DNA of 64,000 bases from a virus (Duplodnaviria; Caudoviricetes): the IMG/VR virus record IMGVR_UViG_3300032038_000065, positions 6,450-70,449 of that record; one strand, given 5' to 3'. The translations under genes were made by a program, and so were the position numbers. The notes beneath the pieces were generated by a model. The model was not told the DNA's origin, made no database searches, and saw only the letters and a list, made by a program, of their open reading frames with translations. Positions 23,275 to 37,000 of the stretch are shown here, in pieces; position 1 is the stretch's first letter; the number at the start of each line of letters is the position of its first letter.

Positions 23275-25149
23275 ATGGCTCAAAAAATTAGCGCAGTAAA
23301 AATTAAATATAAAAATGGTACTTATTCAAGTTAGATACCATTTGCCTTAAAAGCAGAAAACGTATTTTTTGATAAAGTGCCATTGAGTTCTTATTTAGAA
23401 AATTTTAAAAATGAAACAAAAGAAATTATAGATACAATTGGAATGAAAGTTAATTCTAATTGCGTCACTCCAGAAATGTTCGGGGCAAAAGGTGATGGAG
23501 AAGCGGATGATACAGCGGCTATTCAAAATGCTATAAATAATTCAAATAATATTTTATTTGGTAATCAAAAAACATATAAAACTGGTAAAATTATTATAAA
23601 TACTAGTAATACAACTCTTGATTTTAATAATTCTAATATTATTTGTACAGAAGACACTTTCCTTGAATGTGTAAATGATTTTAATAATTTATTATATACT
23701 GGAGAATATGTTGCAAACACGAATTATGGAATAACTGAATTAAATAATTATTAGGGATTAGTATCTATTGATTCAGTTATTAATGTTATGCCTGGGCGAG
23801 TTTATTATTATGGAGGTTGTGTAACAAAATGTAATAAAGGAATTTTAAGTACTTCATTACCATATTCATTATCAACTTGCAATATTTATGGACAAACTAA
23901 TAATATTAGTAATATTATTATAAAAAATATTGCTTCAATTACTGGAGGGCATTCTTTAAATAAAGGTTTAATATAGTTTTCTGGCATTTCGGATGTTATT
24001 TTTGAAAATGTTCGTTTCACTTCCGAACAGTACATAGGAATATCATTAAAAAAATGTACAAATATATTTATTAATTATTGTATTATAAATGTTTAGACAA
24101 AATAGTATTTTGATAATAATACATATGGAATTTGCATACAAGATGGTTGTAGTTATACAACTGTAGAAAATTCAGAGTTTTATTCTGACACGTGGCATTG
24201 TATTACAACTGGTGGGCAGCATACAAATATTCATACTAAAATTAATAATTCTATAATTAAGAATCTACCAGGTAGTAATTATGCCTATTTAGACCATGGA
24301 AACACTATTGATACAGTAATTACTAATTGTACAATATCAGAGTCAGTATTAATTACAGATGGAATTGTATCTAATTGTAATTTTTTAAATATTTCATCTT
24401 CTAATAAAAAACCAACTATTGGTTTTTCTGGTTGGCTAGGAAATTATTATCATTCAAAATATATAATTAAAAATTGTAAAACAAAATTTTCAAATTTATC
24501 TTTTATAATTTGTCACGATCTTGGCCAAGTTAACGCTCCTCCGGCCTCTTAGATAATTGAACAAATAGATTTAATATCAATATCAGATTGTTTTGCTTCA
24601 TAGGATCTATCATTTTTTATGGCTAGTCCAACAATTGCATCAAGGTATGCAGATTATTTAACAGATTTTTCAATTAAAACAGTTTTATTAAATAATATTA
24701 TAAATTTAAATTATTATTTAGGAAACTATACTGAAGAATCATATATTACAAATTGTCAGATTAAAAGCATTTTACATTCATATCCTAAATATACAGAAAT
24801 TTTTAGTAAAACTTCAACTATACGATTAATAAATTGTAAGTTAATGAGTAATTTCCCTGCAAATATATATATTAATAATTTATATATGGATAATTGTAGC
24901 ATAGAAGCAACTGGCAATAAACGATTTTATGTTACAGATAAATGCCTTATTAATAATTGTTACTTTAATGCAAATTTTGATTATACTAAGGCGGTTACAA
25001 GCTGTGAATATAATCTTTCTTCTTTAAATACAAATAATGATACAAGCAACCGTGTTGTAGATTTTTATAAAGCAGCGAATACTACTCTTGGTTATCGAAG
25101 ATCGGCTCCATTTGCCGATTGGTATTCGTATTAGACAACTCCAATATAA
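23275..25149 (+). CDS. Tail spike/depolymerase with pectate-lyase-like beta-helix (624 aa, several TAG)
   Basis: MAQK module; VTPEMFGAKGDGEADDTAAIQNAI; Asn/Cys ladder repeats; frame traced to TAA. Confidence 0.78.
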
Positions 25150-25181
25150 AATTTAATAATTATAATAATTTAAAATAATGT

Positions 25182-25217
25182 AAAAGGACTAGATAATTAA
25201 ATCTAGTCCCCTTTTTT
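25182..25217. terminator. Bidirectional terminator between convergent modules
   Basis: AAAA-GGACTAGAT-AATTAA-ATCTAGTCC-CC-TTTTTT. Confidence 0.75.
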
Positions 25218-25383
25218 ATGTTAATGGAGCAACGCCTTCTCCAACAGTACAAACACCTCCTTCACTCCATTTTTCTGCTAATTCTTTTAATATTTGCTAA
25301 AAATCTTTTAATTTTCCATTTTCATCTACAATAGAAATTTTGAAGTCTTTTAAATTAATAAAATCACCCCCAGTTAATTTCAT
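25216..25383 (-). CDS. Small hypothetical protein (55 aa, 1 TAG)
   Basis: MKLTGGDFINLKDFKISIVDENGKLKDF*QILKELAEKW...; overlaps the end of the RuvC-like gene. Confidence 0.4.
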
Positions 25384-25852
25384 TATTATTTTTAATCCAA
25401 TAGGCATCAAATATACAAATTGCATCTGCCTAATCATCATTAACTGTAATATTATATTTATTCTTTACATATTCAATATCGCGCGGTTTCAGCTATTCAC
25501 GTTTTATACCTCGCCCTTGTTTGATTTTAATCGCGGCCCGCCACTAACTCGCATTAACAAAGCTATATTCAATTTTTTTATCAATCTCATATGCGGCGAC
25601 GATTATCACAGCTTGAAGCCACATTAATACCTTGTTTGTATGCGAATTAACCTCTGGCCGCACCTATTCCATAACAATTTTATTTATATTATATTCTTCA
25701 ATTAATTTACTTATCTAATCTCGCATTTTGATAATTCTTGCAACTACATCTTTAGAGGACGCCGCAACACAGGTATGAAACTATAATTCAGATTCTGTTC
25801 CTATTGCGACGCCAGTACTATGCGTAGAAGCATCAATTGTCATTATTCTCAT
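25364..25852 (-). CDS. RuvC-like Holliday junction resolvase (162 aa, 6 TAG)
   Basis: MTIDASTHSTG, IVME*VRP, AS*WR, NDD*ADAICI; ends TGA. Absent from the ORF track. Confidence 0.8.
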
Positions 25853-25889
25853 ATATATACCTCAATTCAGAAATCTTCTATTTGACATA

Positions 25890-25918
25890 AGTATAAAATA
25901 AATTTTGTCTTAAGTCAA
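25890..25918 (-). promoter_or_regulatory. sigmaA-type promoter for the RuvC-like gene
   Basis: Minus strand TTGACT-17 nt-TATACT. Confidence 0.75.
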
Positions 25919-25928
25919 GTAAAAAAAT

Positions 25929-25960
25929 AAGGGAGACTACTATTTAAGTAGTCTCCCTTT
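25929..25960 (-). terminator. Rho-independent terminator
   Basis: AAGGGAGACTAC...GTAGTCTCCCTT inverted repeat with A/T tracts. Confidence 0.75.
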
Positions 25961-26156
25961 TTTCTGTTTCTATTTTCTTTTGTAGCCTATCAATTTCATT
26001 GATTGCTTCTGTTATAACCTATTCTAATAATGTCATAGAGCCAGCTAAATTATTAAGATTAGCTCTGCCACTTACTTGAACACTATCTAAAGCCTGCATA
26101 ATCTTTTGTGCTTTCTCAATGATATTATCTGTAATGTCTTTTTCTTTTGTTTCCAT
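25944..26156 (-). CDS. Small coiled-coil protein (70 aa, 1 TAG)
   Basis: GGAGAG RBS; METKEKDIT...; ends TAA. Confidence 0.65.
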
Positions 26157-26170
26157 TTTTTACTCTCCTT

Positions 26171-26941
26171 TTAATCCGTGCATTTTTTCCAAGTAGTTCC
26201 ATTGAAGATATAAGGAGTTGCAGGATGCCAAGCTCCATTAAAATAAATATAAGGTTTGGCTTTTCTCCATCTATTTTCATGATAAATCCAAACATAACCA
26301 TCACCTGTTGATGGAATAGGGTCATCTCCTCCACCGCCTCCATCAGTTGAAAATTGTTCATAAGAATTATTATTAATAGATTGAATCTATTGCCTACTTC
26401 CGCCTGCTTGATCTGTAGAAATATCAACCCACAATCTAAAATCATTATTTGAAGGAAGAGTTATTGGTAAAGTAAAGTTTTTACTCCAAGTTCTTCCTGA
26501 AACCTATCCATCATAGGCAACAGAACTTGTTGATAAATTTTGTAAATAAGGACTAATCCAATAGTCATCTGCATCATATACAGTAATTGACAGAGTTGAT
26601 CCGGAAAGAGTATAAGACCATCGCGGAGTCGCACTACTACCGCCACCGCTTCCCGTAGTAATAGTTAAAGTAGCCCAGTTCTAAGCTGTTGCAGGGTCTG
26701 GTTTCCAATCATTGTCTTTATAACAAAAAGCTCTAACCTAACAAAAGTAAGAAGTGTTTTCTTGCAGTCCAGTTATAAGAATAGTAGTAGATGAAGTTGC
26801 GGTAGCTGTATAGTTTCTATAAAAACTTCTATCTAAATAAACATCAAATTCTTTAGAAGTATAGTTTGGGTCCAATCCATATATTTCTATTATAACGCTA
26901 TTACTAGTTACAGCACCTTGATATACATTAATATATGCCAT
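26171..26941 (-). CDS. FN3-containing minor tail protein (256 aa, 4 TAG)
   Basis: ITGLQENTSYFC*VRAF FN3 motif; Trp/Tyr-rich C-terminus (YIYFNGAWHP..YIFNGTTWKK). Confidence 0.7.
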
Positions 26942-26944
26942 ATA

Positions 26945-29900
26945 TTATGACTCCAATCTAAAATAAACTTGACCCGTCTGTACTATTAAAGAATACCCCC
27001 ATCCTCCTCCAGAAAAATAATCTGATGGATGTTGAGTCCCAAAAGAATAATTTTGATTTACAGCAAAACCTCGGTCTAATCGAGCTAAACTTCTAAAATA
27101 AATACTATAATCAGTAGAAAAAGTCCCCTACGTTCCCGCCTAAAGAGACATATTGCCGGCGCTCATTAATTTTAAAACCGTGTTGTTTGTTGTTGTAAAA
27201 ATGACTCGATTTTGAGAATCGCCTTGACTTGTATTACCATTGGTATCATAACAAATATATCCTTTTCTATTGCTATGAGTGCTATTTGGTAAACCTTCAT
27301 AAATATAGTAGGCAGCCCGCTGGGTTGTTGTCATGCTAGAATTTGTCTCATAACGCCCTTGTCCAGTTGCATAAAACTGGCCGCCATATATTAATGGAGA
27401 CGAAATTGTTTTACCATTAATAAATGTATGATCTATATAGCTTGGGACACCCGTGCCATCTACTATTCCCTATATAATAGCCTATAAATTTGTCGTATTA
27501 CTACCCCATGTAATTGGAGTGTCTTTTGATAAACTAATTGAATTTGCATCAATAGAAATGGTCCCATTATATGTGTCAGCTTTAAATAATGTTTTGCCAT
27601 TGCCGCGTAAACTAATTCCATCAGTGCCAATATAAATACCATTGCGATTATCATCATCAAGATAACGCTTTCCAAATCTAATATAGCTATTAGTATTATC
27701 ATCACCAATTATCCATTTGTCAGTGCCAGAACCTATTGTCCCACTAGTTGCATTAATAGCTCCAGTTATAGTTACGCTTCCATTTTCTGCTTTAAAGTTA
27801 TAATTATTATTGCTAACACGTCCAGCATATATGTCGCCTGTATTTGCTACTTTAAAGGCTCCATTTCCTAATGACAAATTACCACCAGAATCTATTTTTA
27901 AATTATTATTTCCAAACCTTATCTATGGTGTTGTTAAGTCAATCAACATACCAGACCCCTTTTCATTGGTACTTAAATAGCTTGAAGGGAGTCCCTAATC
28001 ATTATAATCTTCCCAAAAATTACTGCTATACAACATTGCTCGATTATTTTGATCGTTCTACCTTGTAGGATCAATAATAATTTGCCCAATACTTTTTTTA
28101 CCAAAGATTGCAGCGCCATTCTTACTATTTAAAAAGAAAGATCTTTGTCCCTAATGATAGCCAAACAAACCTACTTGTGACTAACTTTTACTAGGTTTTT
28201 TAACCTATCCCATTAAAACCCCAGTAAATCTGTTATTACTATCTTTTTGTCCTGCCCCCATTTGCGGAGCTAAAATGTACCCCTCAGCATCACTAATCTT
28301 GATACTATTGCCATCCCAATCATTTAATTGATGTAATTCATATCTGTTTAACATTAAATGAATTGGAATGTGTATCCAATAAGATCCTTGGCTATATACT
28401 AAAGCATTAGTTACACAAAAGCCATCATAACGCGGGACCGGTCTAACCTAACACTTACCAATTTCTGATTTAACAATTGTTAAACCCTGTTCTGCGGCTG
28501 AATGACAGGTTATACCAAAGTTCGAAGTCGTTCCTCCAACAATAGTAAAAGGATTGGCACTATCATATTGCGGCTGTGTACCATCTGAAGCATAAATGGC
28601 ATACATAAAACCGGTGCCATCTTGTAATTTCAATGAGTCTCTTGAAGATGCATATGCAGTAATTACTGGCATTGTAGCATAATAATTTTTATCTTTATAT
28701 TTTATTGTGCATTTTATAATATTTGCCCACGGACTCCAACTAGAATATCCACTAAATGTAAAATAACCACTATTTCCACCAGAAAAAACAGAGGGGTCAT
28801 ATGAATTATAGCTATATTGTCTTCTTAAGACTTCCCATGTCTAAGTATAATCAGAAGTAATTCGATTTTCATTGTGATAAAATTCAACATTAAAAAATTT
28901 ATATGAACCGTTAGAAGAAATAGATTGATAAGTATTAGCTGATCCAATTCCATAATTTAGATAATAGCTACTTCCAGTTTTTGTTATCGTGGGGCGAGCA
29001 GGAGGGTTGCTCATTAGAGTATTAGGCACAATTCTAACAAAATACTAGGTACCATTTGTTCCGGAATCTCCCTATTTTACAAATACAAATCGAGTTTCCG
29101 CAATATAAGTACGACCATTATAATTAACCTATAATCTAATTTGATTATTAGTTTTTGAATAATCATATCTCTCTTTAATTTTATAATCTAATGTGGGGCC
29201 GCCAAATACTATATAATCACCCTATGTCTAACCTCCGCTCATTATACTTGCATCAAGTAAAGTATTAGTATTAGGTACGAACCACTTCACAATAGCAGAA
29301 GTTAATGGAGTGTTATTATTATATAGTTTAATTTCTTCTCCATCTTCTCCATAAAGAAGAAAAGATAATTGCTTAATTTCTTTTGAATTTTCTAAGCTCT
29401 TACTTGTGGGAGCTACACCATTTTCGTTATATTTATAAATAGCGTCCCCATTTGTAATTCTTACAACATTAAAACCTTCACCCTAAGTTGAATTGGTTAA
29501 TACAATAGATCCAGTTCCTAATAATGCTCCATTGCTATAAACTGTACATTTATAAGTGGCAAAATTAAAAATCTCATTCGCGGCAACCGTTATGCTACTT
29601 CCATTACCTGGTACATCCTCCGCTGCCATTCCATTGTTTTCTTTTGTCCAATAGTAAACAAGATTCCCATTTGTTCCCTTGACATTACAAGTTAATATAG
29701 TCTATCCAACTCCATAATAAAACTTAGTACCAAGAGAAGAGGTAATTGTTATATGATCCGTCTCTTTACTTAAATTTATAATATTAATTTCTTTAGTAGC
29801 CACATTCCCGTCATATACAATAGCAACTTTGAGTCTATTGTTATAAGACTTAGCTGATTTCTTTTTATAATAATAAGTATTGTTAGCGGGAACCCACTAT

Positions 29901-30991
29901 ATGAGATCATCCTAGCCATTTGCGGTCTTATTGAGTGAGTTATACTCATTCAAACATTGCCATCCTCGCCCCAAATGCTTATTGTACTTTAATGATTCAG
30001 GTTTTATGCTTACGTCTTCAATACCCCAATACACTTTCATATTGGTTGTAGAAGAAGCTAACTTACCTTTGATTTTTAACTGTGCGGTTATGGGTAAAAC
30101 AGTCTCATCATCGTCTGAATCCTTAAAGAACGTTCCCTTTGGAGTGAAGAATGAAATAGATAATCCATTTAATTCCTCCTAAGATAGTCGTACAGCACCA
30201 CTTATCTCGAAAGCAGAAAGGATTATATCTCCTTCCCGCAGCCGGCCAGCATTACGCCCTTCTGTGTCACTATTTGGGAAATTATCACTAAAAATTTCAA
30301 CACTAACAATTTCTTCAAAATTCTTTCCATCAATCTCAAATATTCCATATTGTCTTGTATCAACTGTTAATTTATATGGATTATTAACCATTGTTGATTC
30401 ATCCACGACATAAGACCTATTGACAGATTGGCCATCCGCCCCTTTAAATTTTAGAGTGAAGACCATCCCATAGTGGCCGCCGCGTTGATTATCTGGGTCA
30501 ATATCAGTCCTTATTTTAGCACCAACAATAAGATGTGTTGATTGTTTTAAATATTGATAAGGCGCAGTTGGATCAATGGATAAATGATTTGGATAAATTT
30601 TATAACTATAATTTTTATATTTTGTGTCTAAGTAATATAAATCATCACTTGGCAAAACGCAATTTGTTCCAACTATATTATATGCTTCGTCTCCAACAAG
30701 AGTAGAAGTATAATTAATGCCCAGTTTATCAACTGAACCCAAAATAGTTTTATCTTTGCTCATGTCGTTCCCAGGTACTAAAACATATACCATTGTTCCT
30801 TTGGAATATTTAGTATCTGGATCTCCATATGCAAAGAATATAGCATCTTGAAATTTACATTTATATTTGCCAAGAGACTAATCCTAGCATGACATAATTT
30901 GAGCTTGAATTGTTTTATCAAACTTTGCCTATTGAATAGATTTATCAGTTAGAAATTCTATTACATCTAAAATTTTTTCGCCTAAACTCAC
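26945..30991 (-). CDS. Large tail/baseplate hub protein (1348 aa, many TAG)
   Basis: GTG start with GGAGG; FDKTIQAQIMSC*D..GKYKCK N-terminus. Five ORF-track fragments (30179, 28841, 28448, 27482, 27140) are in this frame; ends TAA. Confidence 0.75.
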
Positions 30992-31021
30992 TGAAAAACC
31001 TCCTTTTATCTCCTTAAAATA

Positions 31022-31050
31022 AGTATAATACAAATTTTTAAAAAAATCAA
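31022..31050 (-). promoter_or_regulatory. sigmaA-type promoter directly after the tape-measure terminator
   Basis: Minus strand TTGATT-17 nt-TATACT; hairpin AGAGGGAATAAA/TTTATTCCCTCT at about 31050-31080. Confidence 0.7.
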
Positions 31051-31090
31051 GAGGGAATAAAGTAAGTTTTTATTCCCTCTTATATTTTAC

Positions 31091-34000
31091 TTATCTTTTT
31101 AATGCTCTTTGCGCGGCGAGGCTCATGAGATCACTAAACGCGTCTTCAATTTCCTTCTTGGTATTAACATTCGGGAATGAAGCATTAATATGAACATTCT
31201 GTTCTATTAAATCAGCAGAATCATTAATCGGCCCTTTAAATCCACCATTTAATCCGCTAAGTTTTGAGTTAATACTACCGCCAAGCATTTGAACAATATT
31301 TCTTAAAATAGAAACACTATCTAACATATTTTTGGTATCAGAAGCATTTAACACAAGCTACTTTTGGTGTAACATTGCAACGCGGCCTTCGGGCCCCCAT
31401 GCGCCTGTGTATCCGCCAGTATCAAATGCACTTGTATTATATTGATGTCTACCATAGTGGGACGCCAATTCTAAAGGATCATATCTTTTTTTGTAATAAT
31501 CTGCATAACTAGTAGGCGGCTCAATTAAACGAATACGCCCTAAAGCCTGCATAACCTAATCATAAAATTTTGTAGATTTCTTTTTTGGTTGACCAAGGAA
31601 CTATTCAAACATTTGTTCTAGATATGATCTGCTTCTTCCATACGCCTAATAATAAGTAGACCAACTGCCTCCATAATAAATGTTTGCTGCGATTCCTTCG
31701 GCAAGAGAAATGTATTTGCTAAGGATCCCAGTTTGTATATCTTTTGTCGTATCTTTTTGTGATGGTCTCTTTGTATCACCAGATGCGGCGGGGGTATCTG
31801 TAGTTCCAGTTGCTGGTGAGGTTGCAGGAGGAGTCGCCGCAATTGGAGCGGGTTCAACATTCTGAGGCGCGGCTGGCAGCTGTCTATCTATTTGCGGAGG
31901 CGTTGGAGGTTCATACGCTTGATTAGCCTCAGCATAACCCGCCATTGCCTCTCTGTAAGCATCTAATGCCTATTGTGCTTTTGTTGCAGCATCTGATGCT
32001 TTTTGCCATACTTGATCATAAGATGATAATAATAAATCAACTTGCTTTTTTAAATTATCTACTGCCGGAATCTACTCTTCAAGAATTTTCTTAATTAGAT
32101 TGTCATTTTCTCCAATTAATAATTTAAAACTCTAAGTAGTAGGATCAATAGAACCAGTTCGTATTAATTCAAAGTCTGTGTTCGCGGCCTCCTACAAAGC
32201 CTTAATTTCAGCTTGATAATTATGAGTTGCTTCTACAATTTTATTAAAAGCCTATTCACAAGCAGGAACAAATCCTTCAGGACCCGCAAAGTAGTCTGCC
32301 ATCTAAACCAAGCCATTCCGCCACGTTGGGATTAGATCGCCTACAAACAGCTCCTTCTCCGCATCGTGCATATCTTTATATGCTTGATAATCGCCTTCAT
32401 ATAATGCTGCATACTCAATAAACGCGGAATCCATTAAATTAACTCTAAACTTCTTATTTTCTTCTGCTTTAAAGTTAATGTACTCACCATACTGTTCTCT
32501 TAATAAAGTAAGCTGTCTTACGCGCTCTTCTTCTGACAGCGAAGTATCTAATACAATTTCTTTATAGCGGTTTTGGAATTCTTTCCATGCAGAAAGCATA
32601 TCTTCCAAATTTTTCTGATAAGCATTTTTATCAAAGTTATAAAGTTCATTCTGTAATCTAGCAAGTTCATCTGCTCTATCTTCAACCTCATCCTCATCTG
32701 CACTATAAACATAAGAATAATTACCTTGTGCATCACGCTTTAATCTTAGAGATGTTTTTGAGTTGCGGGTTTCTTCAAGAGCCATTCTAGCTTGCTCAAT
32801 CTGCAATAGCTTCTCCGCCCTGTCAACGTCATATTGTGTTAGCTTATCTCTTGCCTTTAAATTATTTAATTGTTCATCCATTAAATTCTTTAAAGTTTTC
32901 TGATTTTTAACACTATCTGCTCCATCAATAGCCTTCTGATATTTAGATTGTAGCTCTTGTATAGCATACGCGGAATTAATTGTATCTAAATACTCATTAG
33001 CATTTTTATTAATTAATTCCCATTCCATCTAAATATAATCAGTACCAAGTCCGCCAGTAACCCGCTTATCAAGAGTATCAAAGATCTCATTAATTGCGGC
33101 GGTGTACTTATCTTGTAATGTTTTAACAGAAGTCTCAACTAAAGCATTAAGATCATTAACTAAATCTTTATACTGCTGTTTTAGCTTCTTCGCGGCTTCG
33201 GTATTACCCTATTTCTCCTAATACTACCACCGCTCCTTGACGAGATCTATCGCTTGCCGCAGCATATCTACCTATTGTAATTGATTTTGATGCTGCGAAG
33301 TATAGAAGGATTGCAATGCGGCATACTGTTTATCGCCATACAATAGCTGAAGTAAATCAGCTTGATGCTCAATTAAGCCATTAACAAACTAATAGTCATC
33401 AATCTGATCATCAATTTGGTCTTTAATATCATCATACATATCTAAATATGCTTGATGAACCGCATTGATTTGAGCTTTGACATCTGTCATAGACCCCTTA
33501 AGTTTGTCAAAATATTCTTCTAAAGCCTATTTAGCTTGAGCCATATTGGTTCCAAACCACTTAGACTCTCCGCCATTGTCAATAATCTCCATCTAACGGA
33601 GAATATCATTCACGTGTTGAGCTTGTTCAGCAAGCTGGCTATTCTCTCCGCCTTCAAAGTAGGTTTCAGCCTGTTTTCTAGCTAATCCCGCCTCACTCAA
33701 TAGGTTATCAAAGCTACTATTAATTAACGGATCAAGATCATCACTAATATCACGCAAGAATTTATTCCAGTCTCTGCGGGCTTCACCCATTTCAAGACGA
33801 ATATCTACCTACATGTTGAATCTTCTAATATTGAGTTCGATTTGCTGTTGTGCAATATCAGTTAAATCATCCCCAATATCTTCCATTTGAGACTCTAAGC
33901 TATCATATGCCTTAATAGCATTCTCAATCTATTTGTAATAATCATCCGCATCTTTAAGAGCTTTTTCAGAAAGTTCAAGCTATTTCTTAATACCTTCTTT

Positions 34001-37000
34001 TGTCTCTTTATCAGTTGTAGCATTATATCTTTCTACAATACCATTATATTGTGCGGTCAGACCATTAATAACACCCTGCTGATGCCCTAAAATATCAAAA
34101 TAGTTAGATATATGGCCGGCCTCATTGAATGTAGCTCCCATTAGCTTCAGGGCTTCACGCTGCTGAGCCAGGTCTTTTCTTTGTAACTCTAACTTCTATC
34201 TTAACCTAACCTTTTGCTTTTCAAGAATATCGGTTTGTTTATTAAGATTGTCAATTAACTATTTGCCATATAATTTATCTTGTTGCTTTTGAACTCGTTC
34301 AAGCTCTCTTGCAATATCAGATAGTTCAATATTTATGTCATGATAAATATCTCTGCTATCTTTCATTGATTTTTTAGGATCTTTTGTTGAGGTGTCTGGC
34401 TTTACTTCTTTTGTTTTAGCCTTGGCTTTTTCTGCCTACTCTGCTCTTCGTTTAGTACCTGCGGCGCCCGCACCTTGTGAAGAATGCTTCCATTTAATCT
34501 TACCACCAGATGCCTTACGTGCATTAAGAATCTTTAAACCAAATCCAGTTGCAGAGATCGTATCTTCATATTCAACTGGTTTCGCCTCAAATCTAACACT
34601 AGGAATTCTATAAGGAGTTCTTTCACCATTAACGGGGTTAAAACCATCTGGGATCTCAAGCACAGTAGCATTGGCTTCAAATCCAGTAACTGTTTTCTTA
34701 TCTTTCTATTTTCTTGTCTATTGAACAACTTCTGCATCAATACCAAAAGCAGAATGTAATAAATCAGACGCTTCCTATGCAGCTAAATCTAAATTATTAA
34801 TTAAATCCTAAAGTTGTGCGATAAAGTTTTCATCATTTAAATTAACACCAACTTCAAGCTCATGGAACTTTTGTTCTTCTAGAAGATCTAAAATGCCTTG
34901 GAATCTTGCAACATCTTCTGGGTCAAATTCAATATGAGAAATAATATCTTGTCTTGCGGCAGCCATTAATTCATCATAAGCATCAATATTACCATCGATC
35001 GCTGCTTTCATTAATTCAAGATTCTATGCACTTCTTAAGAATTCAGTAGATAAAGAAGAGCCTTCTAAGTCTAATAAATCAGCATAAGCGTCTCTTAATT
35101 CTGGAAGCCTTTCAGCGAGCTATTGAGTAGTAAGATTTTCATTCGTTAAAACCGCAATCCAATCTTCATAATTCTTAACAACATCTTCAATAGCATTATT
35201 AAATCTTAAAATTGCTTCTGCAACAGAATCTGCGGCACGGGCATCATTCTCTAAAGAATTAGCAAGCTAGTCAGATAACGGAGCCAGTTCTTGTAAAACA
35301 TCTTTTAAACTTTCAAGAGCCTAAGGTTTAATGTCAGAGTCCGTTGGGAACATGGCATCATACATTTGCTCATATTCTTCTTTGCGCAACTAAATTAACT
35401 ATTGAATTCTCTCAGCGGCGTTCTAGGTTTGGTCTCCTGCTTGAGCAATCAACTCGTCTATTCGTTTAACTGCTTCTTCTGAAATATTATGACTTTTTGT
35501 AAGATCCTACCATATTCTGATTTGTGCCTGAAGCTCTTCATTGCTATTATGAACCGCTTTTAAATACTCTAATTGATTTTGGACTACATCATAATTAACT
35601 AATGCTCCAGTTTTTGCTTCAGCTAATTTTTTCTCTGATAATCCTAATTCATCAGCATTTGCCCCATCAAGAATTTTAGAATAATCTCGATAATATAAAC
35701 TACTGCCACGTGATCCCTCTTGACGAGAAAGTGCATCATAATCAAAATTTTTCTATTGTATTCCTTGCAGTCTTTCTATTTCTCTATTAGTAGCATCAAT
35801 AGCATCAATAAAACCATTAATTTTTAAAGAGTTAACTTTATTATAAAACTCCTAAGCATCGCCCGTCATTTTATATTGGCCATTTGCCATCATAGTGAAA
35901 TATTTTTCAAGCTATGGAGCTAAAGGAAGAACTCTTTCTGTAAGCTATTTTTCAGAAATCTGTTTTCCGCCTCTTATTTGCTATTCTAAACTACTAAAAA
36001 TAGCATAGCTTGTAGCTGCCTGCTGTTGAACTTGTTCAGGAGATCCTCCATATAAAGAATCAAGATTTTCAAAGCTAATTTGAGATATTCTATTAAAAGT
36101 TCCTTCTAACTATTCCCAAACTGTTATATCAGTTAAATCTAATCGTGTTAAGAAATTAAATTGTTCATCATTTAAACTCTACAATGCTTTTAAAGCTTCT
36201 TTAGTTTGAGCTTTAATAGGCAACTATTCAAAGAATTTTAATTTTTCATTATATTGGTTATATAAATTATCATAATCTTGTTTTAAATAATTATCAACAG
36301 CTGCTGTTGCCTATTCATTAGAAATCCACATTGATCTTTTAAGTTCATTTATGGTATCTTCTCTAATTCGAATATAATCATTAATTCCTGTATTAGTATT
36401 AAGTTTATCTAAGGATGATGATTCATATATTTTCTGTTGGGTTTTAGAATTTCTTAATGACTATTGAATAGAACGTAAGTAATCTACTTCATCTTTCATC
36501 CCTTCAACCCAAGTTGAAATTTCATTATAATATGAAGATTTAGCTCTTTCACTGTCTGATAAAGCACGTATCTATTCTGAATTAAGTATAGCATTTAACT
36601 AATCATAAAGACGAACAATGGAATCTGCACTTTGGTTCCTATTAAAAGTGATAGTTTTATTATCAAAGAAATGTCCTATATTACTAGCACCGTTATCAAA
36701 GACACGTTCCTATTTGCCACCAATCTTTTTTAATGCATTAATTAATACTTCTGGCTCTGCGTAATTCCCTCCGTCAAATCCAGAACCAAATTCAAGCACA
36801 TAGCGGTTATCTCTAGTTGCAAATCCCTGCCCTGCACTCGCCGCAGCAACGACACTGTCTTTTGCTTTGGTTTGAGAAACTTCTAAAGAAGCAGCATTTT
36901 CTTTTTCTTTTTCAATTCTTGTCTGTCTAATTTTATCTGCTAGTCCCTAGTAATTTCCAATTAATTTTTCAATGCTACTAGATTCAATTCCATATTTCTA

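Noticed and set aside
16215-23412. CRISPR array or DGR template/variable repeat
   Set aside because: Repeats are coding modules with synonymous changes, not evenly spaced repeat-spacers. No adenine-specific mismatch pattern, reverse transcriptase or cas gene in the window.
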